Positions 52,901-64,000 of a DNA stretch of 64,000 bases are shown piece by piece. The translations under genes and the position numbers were made by a program. The notes under the pieces were generated by a model, which was given only the letters and a program-made list of their open reading frames with translations, was not told the origin of the DNA and did not search any database. How positions within the stretch are numbered: position 1 is the stretch's first letter; each line of letters starts with the position of its first letter. Source of the DNA: Octopus sinensis (lineage: Eukaryota); contig NC_043004.1 in NCBI RefSeq assembly GCF_006345805.1, positions 59,644,001 to 59,708,000 on the forward strand, given 5' to 3'.

Positions 52901-53345
52901 TCGGGATAAACTCGCAAGGCACGGTGGCCAAGACAGTCCGATATGTCCAAGATGCGAGCGGGATAGGGAAACCGTCCTGCACGCTATTGTTCATTGTTCG
53001 GTCGTGTCTGAGGTGTGGGTTTATGCCGAACAGCTGTTGTCAAGCACACGAAGAGTACAGCTATCGACTGAGTCTATTACAAAAATTGACCCACCAGATT
53101 TCCTCGCGAAAGAAGGTAAGAATTGTTTTCTCGTTGTAGTAGCAATTGCGAAAGAGGTGATATGGAAGACGAGAATGAAAGGTTTACGGTCAGGCAAGTT
53201 CATCTCCGGCCCTGGTTTGATGAATTACTTCATCTTTCACCTGAAAAGGAAGATAGGGCTGGAGAGAAAATGCCTGACTAAGAGAGTGTATGAAGAACGA
53301 TGGAAAGAAGTAGCACGAAAGTTCCGAGTGGATGATACCACATAA
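49978..53345 (+). pseudogene. Tx1 ORF2: APE endonuclease, reverse transcriptase, C-terminal Cys/His finger (several frameshifts)
   Basis: VGCLNVRGL, VATETRL, IYAPN, LGDFN, SYIDRIL, SYSDH, GYWKLN, APGLDG, FRPITLLNTELKILAKVL, LDQSKAFD, SVRQGCPLSPLL, AYADD, CPRCERDRETVLHAIVHC. Confidence 0.92.
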
Positions 53346-53902
53346 ATGTGAAACTAGACGAAACCAAAGTATCAGTGGGGAGGCGGGGCTCGTGGGGTCC
53401 GAGCTAAACCCGCTCCCACTCCATCCGTAATGTCTTCCGGTCTGTTCTTCATTCGATTTTTGATATTTTTGTAATTTTTGCAAATTTTTAAATTCGCCTT
53501 TTTTGTAAACCCATTTGTTAATCTGACCCCACATCAGGTTGTATTGTCCCCTCTATGTTTGCCCCTTGTGGGTAATAATAAAAGAATTCCAGTCTGTTAT
53601 ATATTTTGAGTATTGTTATCCCTAGCGATACCAAGATATAACTTTGTATTTTGTATTTTATGTGTAGATGTGTATATATATATAATATATATATATATAG
53701 ATGTACATGTAATATGTACGCATATATACATGCACTAGCACTATGACCCAGCAACGACGGGTCTTTAATGCTAGTATTATATATATATATATATATATTA
53801 TATAACGGGAAGCTTTATGAAAATAGACAAAAGACGAAGGCAGGTGGGAAACAAACAAACAATTGTATTAGTATGGCGCTCAGGAAATATAAATAAAACA
53901 AG

Positions 53903-53940
53903 TCTTTAACGTTTCGAGCCTACGCTCTTCAACAGAAAGA
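53903..53940 (-). ncRNA. minimal hammerhead ribozyme motif, A6U core variant (3' pLTR)
   Basis: Minus: TCTTT-CTGTTGA-A-GAGC-GTAG-GCTC-GAAA-CGT-T-AAAGA; stem I 5 bp, stem II 4 bp, palindromic ACGT stem III. Confidence 0.7.
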
Positions 53941-54789
53941 TACACAGAGAGAAAAAAAACACAGAAAGAAGGAGAGAAAAAAAATGCGTGCAGTAGCTAA
54001 CGAATCAACATGGCGATCTGATTTCGGCCAGAGGTCAAAGATCAAACATGAGACGCGAGAGCGAAATAAGGGGAGAATAGGGTTGATAATATGGTTGAAG
54101 GACCAGCTAATAGTGCGTAGGAGGGGTCTGGACGTGTGTATGTATAGGGTTGGTGTATGTATTAGTATGTATAAGTGTGTGGTGTGTGTGTGTGTGTGTA
54201 TGAGAGAGTATTAGTGCGTAGGATTGGTGTGGACGTGCGTATGTATGGGGTTGGTGTATGTATTAGTATGTATTAGTATGTATTAGTACGTATTAGTATG
54301 TATAAGTGTGTGTGTGTGTGTGTATGAGAGAGTAAAGTGCGTATGAGGGGTCTGGACGTATGTATGTATAGGGTTGGTGTATGTATTAGTATGTATTAGT
54401 ATGTATTAGTACGTATTAGTATGTATTAGTTGGTGTATGTATAGTATGGCACATCATATATGATGTGATGTGTGAAGTCGTGTGGTTAGTGTAGTGAGGA
54501 AGAGGGGAGGGGGGAGGGGGGAGGGGGAAGAGGAGATGAGGGGAGAGAGAGGAGGGGGAGAATGAAGGGGAGGAGGGGGAGGAAGGAGAAAGAGGGAGAG
54601 GGGGAGTGAGGGAGCAGAAGGAGGAGGGAGGGGGAAGAGAAAGAGGGAAGAAGGGAAGGGGAGTAGGGGGTTGAAAGGATGAAGGACTGAAGAAGTAGGG
54701 GTCGGGGGGAAAGGATAGGTGAGGAGGGGGGAGAGGGGGGTTAGATGAGGAGGGGGGGGGGGAGGGGGGGTTAGATGAGGATGGGGGGA

Positions 54790-57600
54790 GAGTTGAGACC
54801 AAATGGCGTATAAGAGCGAAGAGAGAGATTAATTCCTGTTCACGGCGCAAACGGGAATCCGGATGGCCTCTGTGTAAGGACAAACCGAACACAGATAGGT
54901 GTTGCAAGGAGTGACCGGTGGAGCGGAAATGGCGTGAGACCGGTGTGTCGTTCGCAAGGTGGATGTCACGTTTGTCCGATGTACAAGGAATTGCAGAGAG
55001 AGCAAGAGATGCAATAGATAATATTGCTGGAGGTGCAGGTGAAGGAGTGGATGATGGGATAGGGTCGATGGTGGGTGCTAGTGAGGCGGGTGGTGTTGGA
55101 GAGGTAAGGGAAAGTGCGGCAACGTGGGCGAGAGCAGGGGAACGAGCCGGGTTGGGAGGTAGGGTCAGGAAGGAGCTATGGACCAAAAGTCTCGAAGGTT
55201 GTGGGGGCTCGTTTGAAAGAGGGGAGGGGTCGGTTAGGGAAGAGGTGTGAAGTGGACGGGTCGGACTGGAGATGACGGAAAGCTCGAAGAATGGTGCGTT
55301 GGAGACGTAGGGTCGTGGGGGGGTGGTAAGTGAGGGGAAAAGGGAGGCGGGAGACTACGGGCGGGTTGGGGAGAGAGAGGAGAGCAGACCGGTCCACGGA
55401 CGTGCTCTGGCAAGGGCGGTGTGGATAGTGGTGAGGGGGTATCCACGTAGGGTGAAGTGGTGAGCCATACGTTGAGACTGAGTCTCAAAGTCATGGTCGT
55501 CACTACAGAGCCTACGTAGAGGAGGAATGGGAATAGGGGATGGAAAGCTTGGTGTGTTCTGGGTGGGAGGAAGAGAAGTTGAGGTATGAGTGTGAGTCTG
55601 TGTCTTGTAGTGAATGGAGGTGGTAAGAATGGAGTGAAGAATGCTAACCGAAATGTCGAGGAAGGGACAGAGGTGTGTTGGAGATAGTGGAAGTGAGTGG
55701 AGGGCTGGATTGGAAAGATTGGACGAAAGAGAGGAAGGAATCTAGATGTTCGCGGGAGAGTGAGGTGGCACCGATAATGTCGTCGATGTAACGACCATAT
55801 AGTTCGGGAGTGGGACCAGTGAAATTAGAGAATATTTGGGCCTCAACATAGCCAACGAACAGGTTCGCATAGTTGGGGCCCATTCGCGTTCCCATGGCCA
55901 CTCCCGAGACCTGATGGTTAGAACTCGCCCGCGCGAACGAGAAGCATTTCAGAGTAAGGACAAGTTCGCCAACCAGACGAATGAGTGTGGAGGTGTCAGG
56001 TACAGGGTTAGAGCGGAGGTCAAGAAAGTGTCGAAGGGCCTGCAGTCCTTCGTGGTGAGGGATAACAGTATAGAGGCTTTGGATGTCCATAGTAAAAAGG
56101 ATTTTGGAGGAGGAGCCGGGAGGAAAGGAGAAAGAGTTGAAAAGCCGGAGAGCATGGTTGTATCGTGGATGTGGGAGGGAAGAGATGCCACTAGGGGGGC
56201 AAGGACACGGTCGAGGTATTAGAGATGAGCTCCGTGGGGCAGTTACAGGCGGAGACGATGGGGCGGCCAGGGTTGTTGGGTTTGTGGATTTTGGGGAGGA
56301 AGTAAATGGTGGGGGTACGTGGGGTTCGCACAATTAGGTTGGATGCGGTGCGGGGGAGACGGGAGGACGAGATGAGGTCGTGGGACAGTAGAGGATACCG
56401 TCTGTTGGTAGCTACGTGTGGGGTTAGAGGGCAGAGGGGAATAGAAGGAGGTGTCATTGAGTTGGCGGAAAGCCTCGGCCCTATAGAGGTCCGCGCGCCA
56501 CACCACTACAGCTCCACCCTTGTCAGCCGGTTTGATGATAATGTCAGTGCGCCGTTGGAGGGAACGGAGAGCCAAGAGCTCAGCCGGGGAGATGTTGAGG
56601 CGGCGTTGGCGTCTGGAGAAGTTGAACCGCTCCAATGCACGCTGACAAGCGCCCGCGAAAAGATCCACTGCTAGGATCTGGCCAGGGGCAGGCGTCCACG
56701 GGGATGGTCGGCGGCAGGCCAGGAAGCTGAAGCAGTCTCTTCGTTGGGTGTGGGTGGCGAGTCGTGGTAATGCGCACCCAACCGGACACGGCCCACAAAG
56801 CTGTGGACATCAACTCGCGTCTGGAATTCCTTACAGGATGGAGTGAGGGGGATGAAACGCAGACCCCTACCAAGGATGGAGCGTCAGGCCCAGAGAGGGG
56901 AATATCGGGGGGAATGGTAACAACAGACGGAAGTGGAGAAGGGGTGGTTGGAATAGAAGTAGGAGGGGTGGTAGGTCTCGTGGAGGTCTGAGGGGGAGGG
57001 ATTGGGGAGGTGTGTGTGGGGGTGGTTGGGCGGGGCAGTAGGGTTAGGTGTAGGTGGATGGAGCCTATCGGGAGGGGAGAAGGGGTTGTAGAGGGGCCAT
57101 GGGGTTAGGTGTGGGTGGATGGAGCCTATCGGGAGGGGAGAAGGGTGGTGAGGAGTTGGGGTAGTGGCGTCGGGTAGGGTGGAATGGAAGAGTGATTGGA
57201 GTTTACGAAGTTTGGTATCAGAAGAAATTGATGGAAGAGTTGATTCAAATGGATAATGAAGCGTAGCGTGTGTGGAGCATAGAGAGGCGGCAGAGAGGAG
57301 AAGAAGGTGGAGAAAGCAGGAGGAAGAAGGCGGTTGATGGCATGTAGTTTGGAGAGATTGGAGCGAATGGTGGCCCGCATAAGGCGGTAAGATGTGGTGC
57401 GGAGTATGGGTAAGATGGAAGAATCCGAGTGGAGAGCAGGGTGGAAGTGGAGGCGGAAACCTTTAGGGATGAGTCGGTGATGTAGGCAGCGGCTTAGGAA
57501 AGAGACATGGCAGAGCAGAGAAGCGGTTTTTTTTAAAAAGAAGTAGAGAGAGATTAACGGACGGCTGAAGGCAATATACAGGAAGCGAACGTAGATGATC
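54790..57600 (-). pseudogene. PLE ORF: N-terminal domain, RT, Cys-rich linker, GIY-YIG endonuclease (frameshifted)
   Basis: HVSFLSRCLHHRLIPKGF, IKPADKGGAVVV, YFLPKIHKPNNPGRPIVS, FTMDIQSLYTVIPH, GVAMGTRMGPNYANLFVG, YGRYIDDI, PGSFPCSRPRC, FTCTSSNIIYCISCSLCNSLYIGQT, PVSRHF. Confidence 0.9.
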
Positions 57601-58374
57601 CTTCAAACGGTGATGGAGGGTGAGGAGGTAGGACCTAGGATCCGGCCTGATGGGGATAGCGGAAAAAAAAAAACGTTCGAAAAAAAAAAAAAAACAAAAA
57701 AACAAACAAAAAAACCAAAATTATCGTATGAAAAAAATAGAAAAATAGAAAAAAAGGGAAAAAAAAAAACGTTCAAAAAAAAAAAAAATAATAATCGTAT
57801 GAAAAAACTAATAAGTAAGCGATAGGGGCAGAAAAGACGGGGCAAACGGAAAAGGGAAAGAAAGAAGGGAAGCAGAGAGAGGGGGAGGCAAAAAAAGGGG
57901 GGTGCAGGCAGAGGAAACGGAGTATGGACATAGAGAGGAAGAAAGACAGAAAGGAGAACAAAAATGCAGGAAAATGTGGGAAAGCATGAAATGAATGTAA
58001 AAAAGTGGTAATATAAGAGAAAATAAAAATACAACAAACGGGACAGTTTATGCGAACAAGTTCAAGGTTGAAAGTTCAAGGTGAGAAATGTGTAGACGCG
58101 TGGTATATTTTTTAAGGATTCACATCATGCAAAGTCACTTTGATCTGCGAAAGAGAGGTGCAGCCAATGGTAAGTATCCAAGAGGTAAAGAAAATCCAGT
58201 AGAGGTAGAGGTAAGTGTTGATAGTGGTATGGTAGATATAGGATGAAAGTGAGACCACGTGAGCGCATAATATATAACGGGAAGCTTTATGAAAATAGAC
58301 AAAAGACGAAGGCAGGTGGGAAACAAACAAACAATTGTATTAGTATGGCGCTCAGGAAATATAAATAAAACAAG

Positions 58375-58412
58375 TCTTTAACGTTTCGAGCCTACGCTCT
58401 TCAACAGAAAGA
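58375..58412 (-). ncRNA. minimal hammerhead ribozyme motif, A6U core variant (5' pLTR)
   Basis: Identical to 53903-53940. Confidence 0.7.
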
Positions 58413-59229
58413 TACACAGAGAGAAAAAAAACACAGAAAGAAGGAGAGAAAAAAATGCGTGCAGTAGCTAACGAATCAACATGGCGATCTGATTTCGGCC
58501 AGAGGTCAAAGATCAAACATGAGACGCGAGAGCGAAATAAGGGGAGATAATAGGGTTGATAATATGGTTGAAGGACCAGCTAATAGTGCGTAGGAGGGGT
58601 CTGGACGAGGTGTGTATGTATAGGGTTGGTGTATGTATTAGTATGTATAAGGTGTGTGTGTGTGTGTGTGTATGAGAGAGTATTAGTGCGTAGGATTGGT
58701 GTGGACGTGCGTATGTATGGGGTTGGTGTATGTATTAGTATGTATTATTATGTATTAGTATATTAGTATGTATAACCTGGTGTGTGGTGTGTGTGTATGC
58801 GAGAGTATAAGTGTGTATGAGGGGTCTGGACGTGTGTATGTATAGGTTGGTATATGTATTAGTATGTATTAGTATGTATTAGTACGTATTAGTATGTATT
58901 AGTTGGTGTATGTATTAGTCTGGCCATCAAGATGTGGATGTGTGAAGTCGTGTGGTTAGTTTGTGATTGTAGTGAGGAGAAGAGGGGAGGGGGGAGGAAG
59001 GGGGGAGGATAGGGGAAGAGGAGATGAGGGGAGAGAGAGAGAGAGGAGGGTAAGGAAGGGGGGAGGAAGGAGGAAGAGGAGAGGGGCAGTGAGGGAGCAG
59101 AGGGAAGAGGAGGGAGAGAAAGAGGGAAGAAGGAAGGGGAGTAGTAGGGGTGAAGAAGGATGAAGAGGACTGATAATATAATATATATATAATAATAATA
59201 ATAACAACAATAATAATAATAATAATAAT

Positions 59230-59748
59230 ATGGCTGCTGATCTTAACTGATTGGAAGTGTTATCATGTACCATAGTTTTGTCTTGGTATAAAAGATGGGT
59301 ACAGCAAATATTCTGCTCAATACCACAGATTTGCTTGTCAGTTGTTTGACCATAACCAGTGAGCATGTCCCTTAGTGTCTGAAGATATGTGCATCTCTGA
59401 TCACGAGCAGAAGTAGGGGGAGCATCATAACCATGTGTTGAGAGGGATTCTTGGGGCTTGAATAGTTCACCTCTGGAAACATGGGTGTTCTTTCAACATC
59501 CTTAAACAACCCTTATTCAGGGACCGTTTGAGCGGGATGTGCTACTCAACCTGAAGAAAATTCTAACTGGGCCCCACCTGCAAGGTCATGTGCTGTTTAT
59601 CTTGATATGAGATCACCATGTCGCGCACATATGGTTGTGATGCATGTGCCTGGTGTACCTTTATCAGACGGGTAGTCATGATTGGTATATTGGGCTTCGT
59701 ATATTTTACCCCAGTGTCACTTTGATGGCATGAACTGCTCTCTCACTC
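59230..59748 (+). repeat. ~500 bp non-coding interspersed repeat, copy 2, between (AAT)n tracts
   Basis: Matches 24506-24990 and extends ~35 bp further 5'. Confidence 0.9.
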
Positions 59749-60929
59749 AATAATAATAATAATAATAATAAGGAGGAGCGCCAGCCTTGTCAGCGGCTGG
59801 ACGTATTCCTCACTGCTCTGACAATCCAGTAGCCGAAAGCCATAGCAACACTAATATGACCCGGTTTAGCAACGGGAAAAAATAACTCTCAAAGACTGGA
59901 ACATCTACAATACCTCGTGAGTATTTAAAATTCTCTTCAAAATAAGTTAAGAAATTTACAAATTACATATCTACAGCTTTCAAACATACATCCGATCAGC
60001 TTTAAAACTTTTAATCCCACAACTGCCTCTGTAAACCCTTTATTTTTTCTTCTCTCTAAAACATCACGCTTTCTTTTGTGGACTTACAAAACCCTAAAAC
60101 TTCTATGAAAAACTGACTTCTTTCTTGCTTCCTCCCAGAATATTCAAATATAAATGTAAACATATACTTTTTATTGCAAAAACACACCTGTTCTTCTAAT
60201 GGACAAACAAACATCTCTAGAAAAGTCAACTTCAACCCTCCACATATTACCTTACACGAAATATACAACACTTTTTATTGCAATAACACAAACGCACATG
60301 GAAAAAAAAAATAATGAGATGTGCTAAGATTCTCTCTGGTCGAACACAACTTCTCTATTCACAAACAATACAGAACAACCCTTCCTTAATTTTTCTTAAG
60401 GCTAATAGTAGTAAACATTTGAACTTTTTTTGACCGATAGGACCCCACCTAAAAAAAAAAAAAAAATATCACTGGTGATGGTGATGATGATAGTAATAGT
60501 GCTGATAATCTATCTATCTATCTACACACACACACACACACTCAAAGAGTTCAACCAACACAAACCTCACCTCGGCTCTATTGTTAACCAAATATGAAAG
60601 TATTATTTGACAGGCAAGAACTCAGGCGTTGAAGACAGTCAGCCAGCCAACCACCAAGCCAGCCAACGAAACAGACACTACTGTGATGGTGATAATGATA
60701 AAACAAAAATAACAATAATAAGATATTGCTGTGACTACACATAAAACAATATCATTGATGATGATGGTGGTGATGGTGATGGTGATGATGATAATGATGA
60801 TGGTAATGATGGTGATAATGATGATAGTGATAATAATGATGATGATAATAACAATAATAAGCCGACTACGGCTGCTATAATGGTACGATTATAATTGTAA
60901 CGGTAATGATAGCCGTATCCCCACGAGCC

Positions 60930-63445
60930 AATCAAAGCTCAAAAATGATAACATTATCGTAGCAACAAAATGTTTTTGGAAACTAAGAGGAAAACTAAAT
61001 CAGTATAACAAATCGCTTGTCTATGGTTAATACGGAGGAAGGCGTCCCCAGGGAAGAGCCAGCCTGGGATCGAAAAAGTCATCAACTGGCACAAACTCTT
61101 CTCCGAATACGGACATGGATGGTCATTGAACGGGAAATCCCCCAACTCGAGCCCTCCAAGTTCACCACCATAACCACCACAGAAAGAAAAATGTAAGCGG
61201 AACAAATGGACCCGAGAAAGTATAAAGAAGTAATATACCTTATTACTATGCATTAGGTAGGCCATCTCAAGAGAGGACACACCGCAAACTCTTACAGTAT
61301 ATGGAGAACACGGAAATGAAAGACAGTAGGCCCTATTTGGACGAGAAAAAATTAGCAAATGTGAGGAGGGATATCCTTAGAAATAACAGACTCACAGACA
61401 GTGAAATAAGCGCGATCAAGCACGCAACGGAAAATGACATAAATATAAGACACAAAGGAAATGAAGAATTAGATGAACAGTATAGCCCGCCACGAGGCTT
61501 AATTGAAAGACTGCCATCTGACCAAAGTACGCAAAGGCCTGAAGATACAAGAAATTCTATTGTACCTGTTAAAGATAACCAGGAAAACGATAAAACAACA
61601 GTAACTGAAGAACTCGCATTTGCTGAAGAACACAGAAAGTCTATGGCAGAAATGAGGCACTTACAAGTGAATTAAACAGAACAGGGTATGGGTATAAAAT
61701 TGCCAATAAAAAATAAGCCATCTATTTTATATGGATGACTTAAAACTTTATGGTAAAGACAATAATGAACTATTGCGCACTGTGAAAGCATTCAGCGATG
61801 ACATCGGGATGGAGTTTGGACTTGAGAAGTGTGCCAAGGCCACTTTCCAGAAAGGGAAAGTGAAGACCACAAATTCAGTCGTGTTAGATGTTGACACAGT
61901 CATAAGAGAGCTTGAGCAAGAACAAACATACAAATATTTAGGAGATAAATGAGGCTCTGGTATTCAGCATGCAAGCATGAAAGAGAAGATCAGGAAGGAA
62001 TGTTATAGGAGAGTTCGTGCAGTCCTGAAATCTGAACTAAATGCACGTAACAAGGTGTTAGCTATAAATTCCTTAGCAGTTCCAGTTGTTACTTATAGCT
62101 ACAATGTGTTGAACTGGAATATGAGTGAAGTATAGAATATAGATAGGAAAATACGCAAGCTGCTGAGTTGTAATAGGATGCACCACCCAAAGGCAGACGT
62201 AGATCGCCTTTACCTTCCCAGAGCCCAAGAAGGTCGAGGCCTGATCCAATTTGAACTAGCTTACAAAACAACCACAATTGGACTGGCCAAATATCTCGAA
62301 ATAACGAATGACTGGATGCTAAAGCTCGTGGAAAATCACGAGAGACAAAAGAAGCTTCTTTCTATCATAAAGGAAAGCAAAAAATTTGCTATTGATCTCG
62401 TGCAGGATACCCAAACTGAACAACCCGAGGGAAGTACGGCAACTATTGTTGCAAAGAAGGTGAAAATAATGGCAACGAAAAAAGCGCACGAGCAATTGGC
62501 TGATAGGTGGGAGGAGAAACCTCTGCACGGCAAATATGTGGCCCGCAGCAAACAAGATGATGTTGACCAGAAGCAAACCCATCAGTGGCTACGGAGCTCA
62601 GGGCTAAAAGCAGAGAGCGAAGGTTTCATCCTGGCTGCTCAAGATCAAAGCCTATTAACCCGGAACTACCAGGCCAATGTGATGAAAAATGGAGCAGACC
62701 CAAAATGCCGATTCTGCAATGACATGATTGAAACAGTGGACCACCTAATCTCTGGATGTAAAGTCTTAGCACCAGTGGTGTATAAATTAAGACATGACAG
62801 AGTTGGCCAATATCTACAGTGGCTAATAAGTCGGCATTACAATATCAAAACTGCCGACAAGTGGTATAATCACCACCCGGAGGCTGTAACTGAAGGAGAA
62901 AATGTAACGATTCTGTGGGACTTTCCAGTACATACAGACCGAACCATCGAGGCCAATAAACCGGATGTTGTTGTGAAAGACCAAAACAATAATGTTTGCT
63001 TATTGATCGACATGAGCATCCCCTGTGATCATAATATCTCAGCGAAAGAGTTTGACAAGCTCAGAAAATATAAAGACCTACTCATTGAAATTGAGAAAAT
63101 GTGGCATCTCAAGGCGGTTACAATACCAGTGATCGTAGGAGCACTAGGAATGATCAAGAAGGGAACCGAAAATTATATGAGAATGATCCCTGGCTTACCA
63201 TCCCTGCAAGAAGTGCAAAAGATTGTCTTAACTGGTACATCACACGTATTGAGAAGAGCATTGTCGATGTGAGAACTGTTGCTGCTCATGTATTTTAATA
63301 TAACTTTAAAAAAAAAAGAAAAAATGAACGAACTATTGAGTTTGGTTTAATGTCCTACCAATGTATACTATGAGTTTCTTTGCCCTAGGAGTCGGGGAGA
63401 CACTCGGCAAGAAATGGAAGCAAATTTGAAAGAAGAAAAAAAGTA
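60930..63445 (+). mobile_element. R4/Dong-type RLE LINE with large internal RT deletion, ending in (AAT)n
   Basis: N-terminal KRNKWTRE..YKEVI and YLDEKKLANVRRDI jump near 61655 to LTSELNRTGYGY..ISHLFYMDDLKLYG and FGLEKCA; C-terminal zinc finger and RLE follow. Confidence 0.88.
62178..63272 (+). CDS. intact C-terminal part of R4/Dong-type ORF (CCHC finger + PD-(D/E)xK endonuclease)
   Basis: 364 aa frame with AAQDQSLLTRNY, CRFCNDMIETVDHLISGC, RHDRVG, ILWDFPVHTDR..ANKPDVVV..LLIDMSIP..KLRKYKDL. Confidence 0.85.
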   Translation: MHHPKADVDRLYLPRAQEGRGLIQFELAYKTTTIGLAKYLEITNDWMLKLVENHERQKKLLSIIKESKKFAIDLVQDTQTEQPEGSTATIVAKKVKIMATKKAHEQLADRWEEKPLHGKYVARSKQDDVDQKQTHQWLRSSGLKAESEGFILAAQDQSLLTRNYQANVMKNGADPKCRFCNDMIETVDHLISGCKVLAPVVYKLRHDRVGQYLQWLISRHYNIKTADKWYNHHPEAVTEGENVTILWDFPVHTDRTIEANKPDVVVKDQNNNVCLLIDMSIPCDHNISAKEFDKLRKYKDLLIEIEKMWHLKAVTIPVIVGALGMIKKGTENYMRMIPGLPSLQEVQKIVLTGTSHVLRRALSM

Positions 63446-63514
<69 letters not shown>

Positions 63515-63589
63515 TAATAATAATAATAATATAATAATAATAATAATAATATAATAATAATAATTAATAATAATAATAATAATATAATA

Positions 63590-63730
63590 ATAAAGAAAAA
63601 ATGAACGAACTATTGAGTTTAGTTTAATGGCCTACCATTGTATACTATGAGTTTCTTTGCTCTAGGAGTCGGGAAGACACTCGGCAAGAAATGGAAGCAA
63701 ATTTGAAAGAAGAAGAAAAAAAAAAAAAAT
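63590..63730 (+). repeat. second copy of the Dong-type 3' UTR in the same (AAT)n tract
   Basis: Near-identical to 63318-63445 (ATGAACGAACTATTGAG...GGAAGCAAATTTGAAAGAAG). Confidence 0.85.
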
Positions 63731-64000
63731 AATACTATTAGGGAGTAAATCCAAACTTACAGGGAAAAATTAGATTTAGGATTAAATCAAATTTCACAGT
63801 ATAAATACAAATATAAATTATTTTAGAGGTAAAACCTGTATTAGGCAAATCAATAGTGGTTTTATCTCTAATATAACTTATATATATATATTTTTTTTTT
63901 CCAGTTAATCTTCTTATACATATACCACTAATTATATGCACTCTAGCATTCTTAATCGTTAGCTTATTTGTAATTGTAGTGTTCTATTATTTCTTTTAAT

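Larger units (their letters stand above)
48445..53584 (+). mobile_element. near full-length Tx1-clade (L1 group) LINE
   Basis: ORF1 + ORF2 + structured 3' UTR; bounded by the 18-bp direct repeat AATTCCAGTCTGTTATAT (48427-48444, 53585-53602). Confidence 0.92.
46011..53774 (+). mobile_element. probable non-autonomous Helitron (~0.7 kb when empty) hosting two Tx1-type insertions
   Basis: A|TCTTTATATATATAAAA at 46011, the same terminus as the 28.3 kb Helitron; hairpin GACCC/GGGTC (53745-53763) and CTAG|T at 53771-53775. Linking the two ends is an inference. Confidence 0.55.
53797..59173 (-). mobile_element. Penelope-like retroelement 2 (Neptune/Poseidon-like) with direct pseudo-LTRs
   Basis: Direct repeats ~53797-54690 and ~58270-59173, both with HHR; the 3' end abuts (TA)n at 53778-53803. 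Confidence 0.9.

Noticed and set aside
54416-55186. 256 aa Pro/Ser-rich minus-strand ORF
   Set aside because: An off-frame reading of the PLE2 GIY-YIG region running into a pyrimidine-rich low-complexity tract.
58115-58175. AG...GTAAGT-bounded 50-nt plus-strand exon-like segment, and ATACTTACC (U1-like 5' end) on minus
   Set aside because: The U1 match stops after 9 nt and the exon-like piece has no supporting homology; it lies within the PLE2 5' region.
59950-60360. Possible very old Tx1-like 3' end on the minus strand
   Set aside because: Similarity is only impressionistic; no catalytic motif was recovered.

Overview
This is AT-rich, microsatellite-dense animal genomic DNA, most likely cephalopod (Octopus); that assignment is an inference from the SINE families and repeat content. 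No host protein-coding exon could be supported, and most short ORFs in the track are microsatellite translations. The window is a stack of mobile elements. (1) Two Penelope-like elements (PLEs) with RT plus C-terminal GIY-YIG: one on + at ~35.5-42.1 kb with ~1 kb inverted pseudo-LTRs, one on - at ~53.8-59.2 kb with ~0.9 kb direct pseudo-LTRs. Both carry hammerhead ribozyme (HHR) motifs. (2) Two more HHR motifs, one fused behind a tRNA-like Pol III head at 6.3-6.7 kb, resembling a ribozyme-carrying SINE. (3) A near full-length Tx1/L1-clade LINE (48.4-53.6 kb) preceded by an ORF1-only relative (46.5-48.4 kb). Their nested target-site duplications indicate insertion at the same nick (AATTCCAGTCT), apparently inside a non-autonomous Helitron. 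Their 3' tail resembles that of a multimeric SINE array at 11.3-12.4 kb. (4) Several R4/Dong-type RLE LINE remnants sitting in (AAT)n tracts. (5) RTE fragments, Tc1/mariner and Chapaev-like transposase remnants, a second Helitron, many tRNA-derived SINEs, and a 1.8 kb fold-back with a perfect 105-bp inner inverted repeat. All alignments and folds were done by eye, so boundaries are approximate unless exact motifs are quoted.
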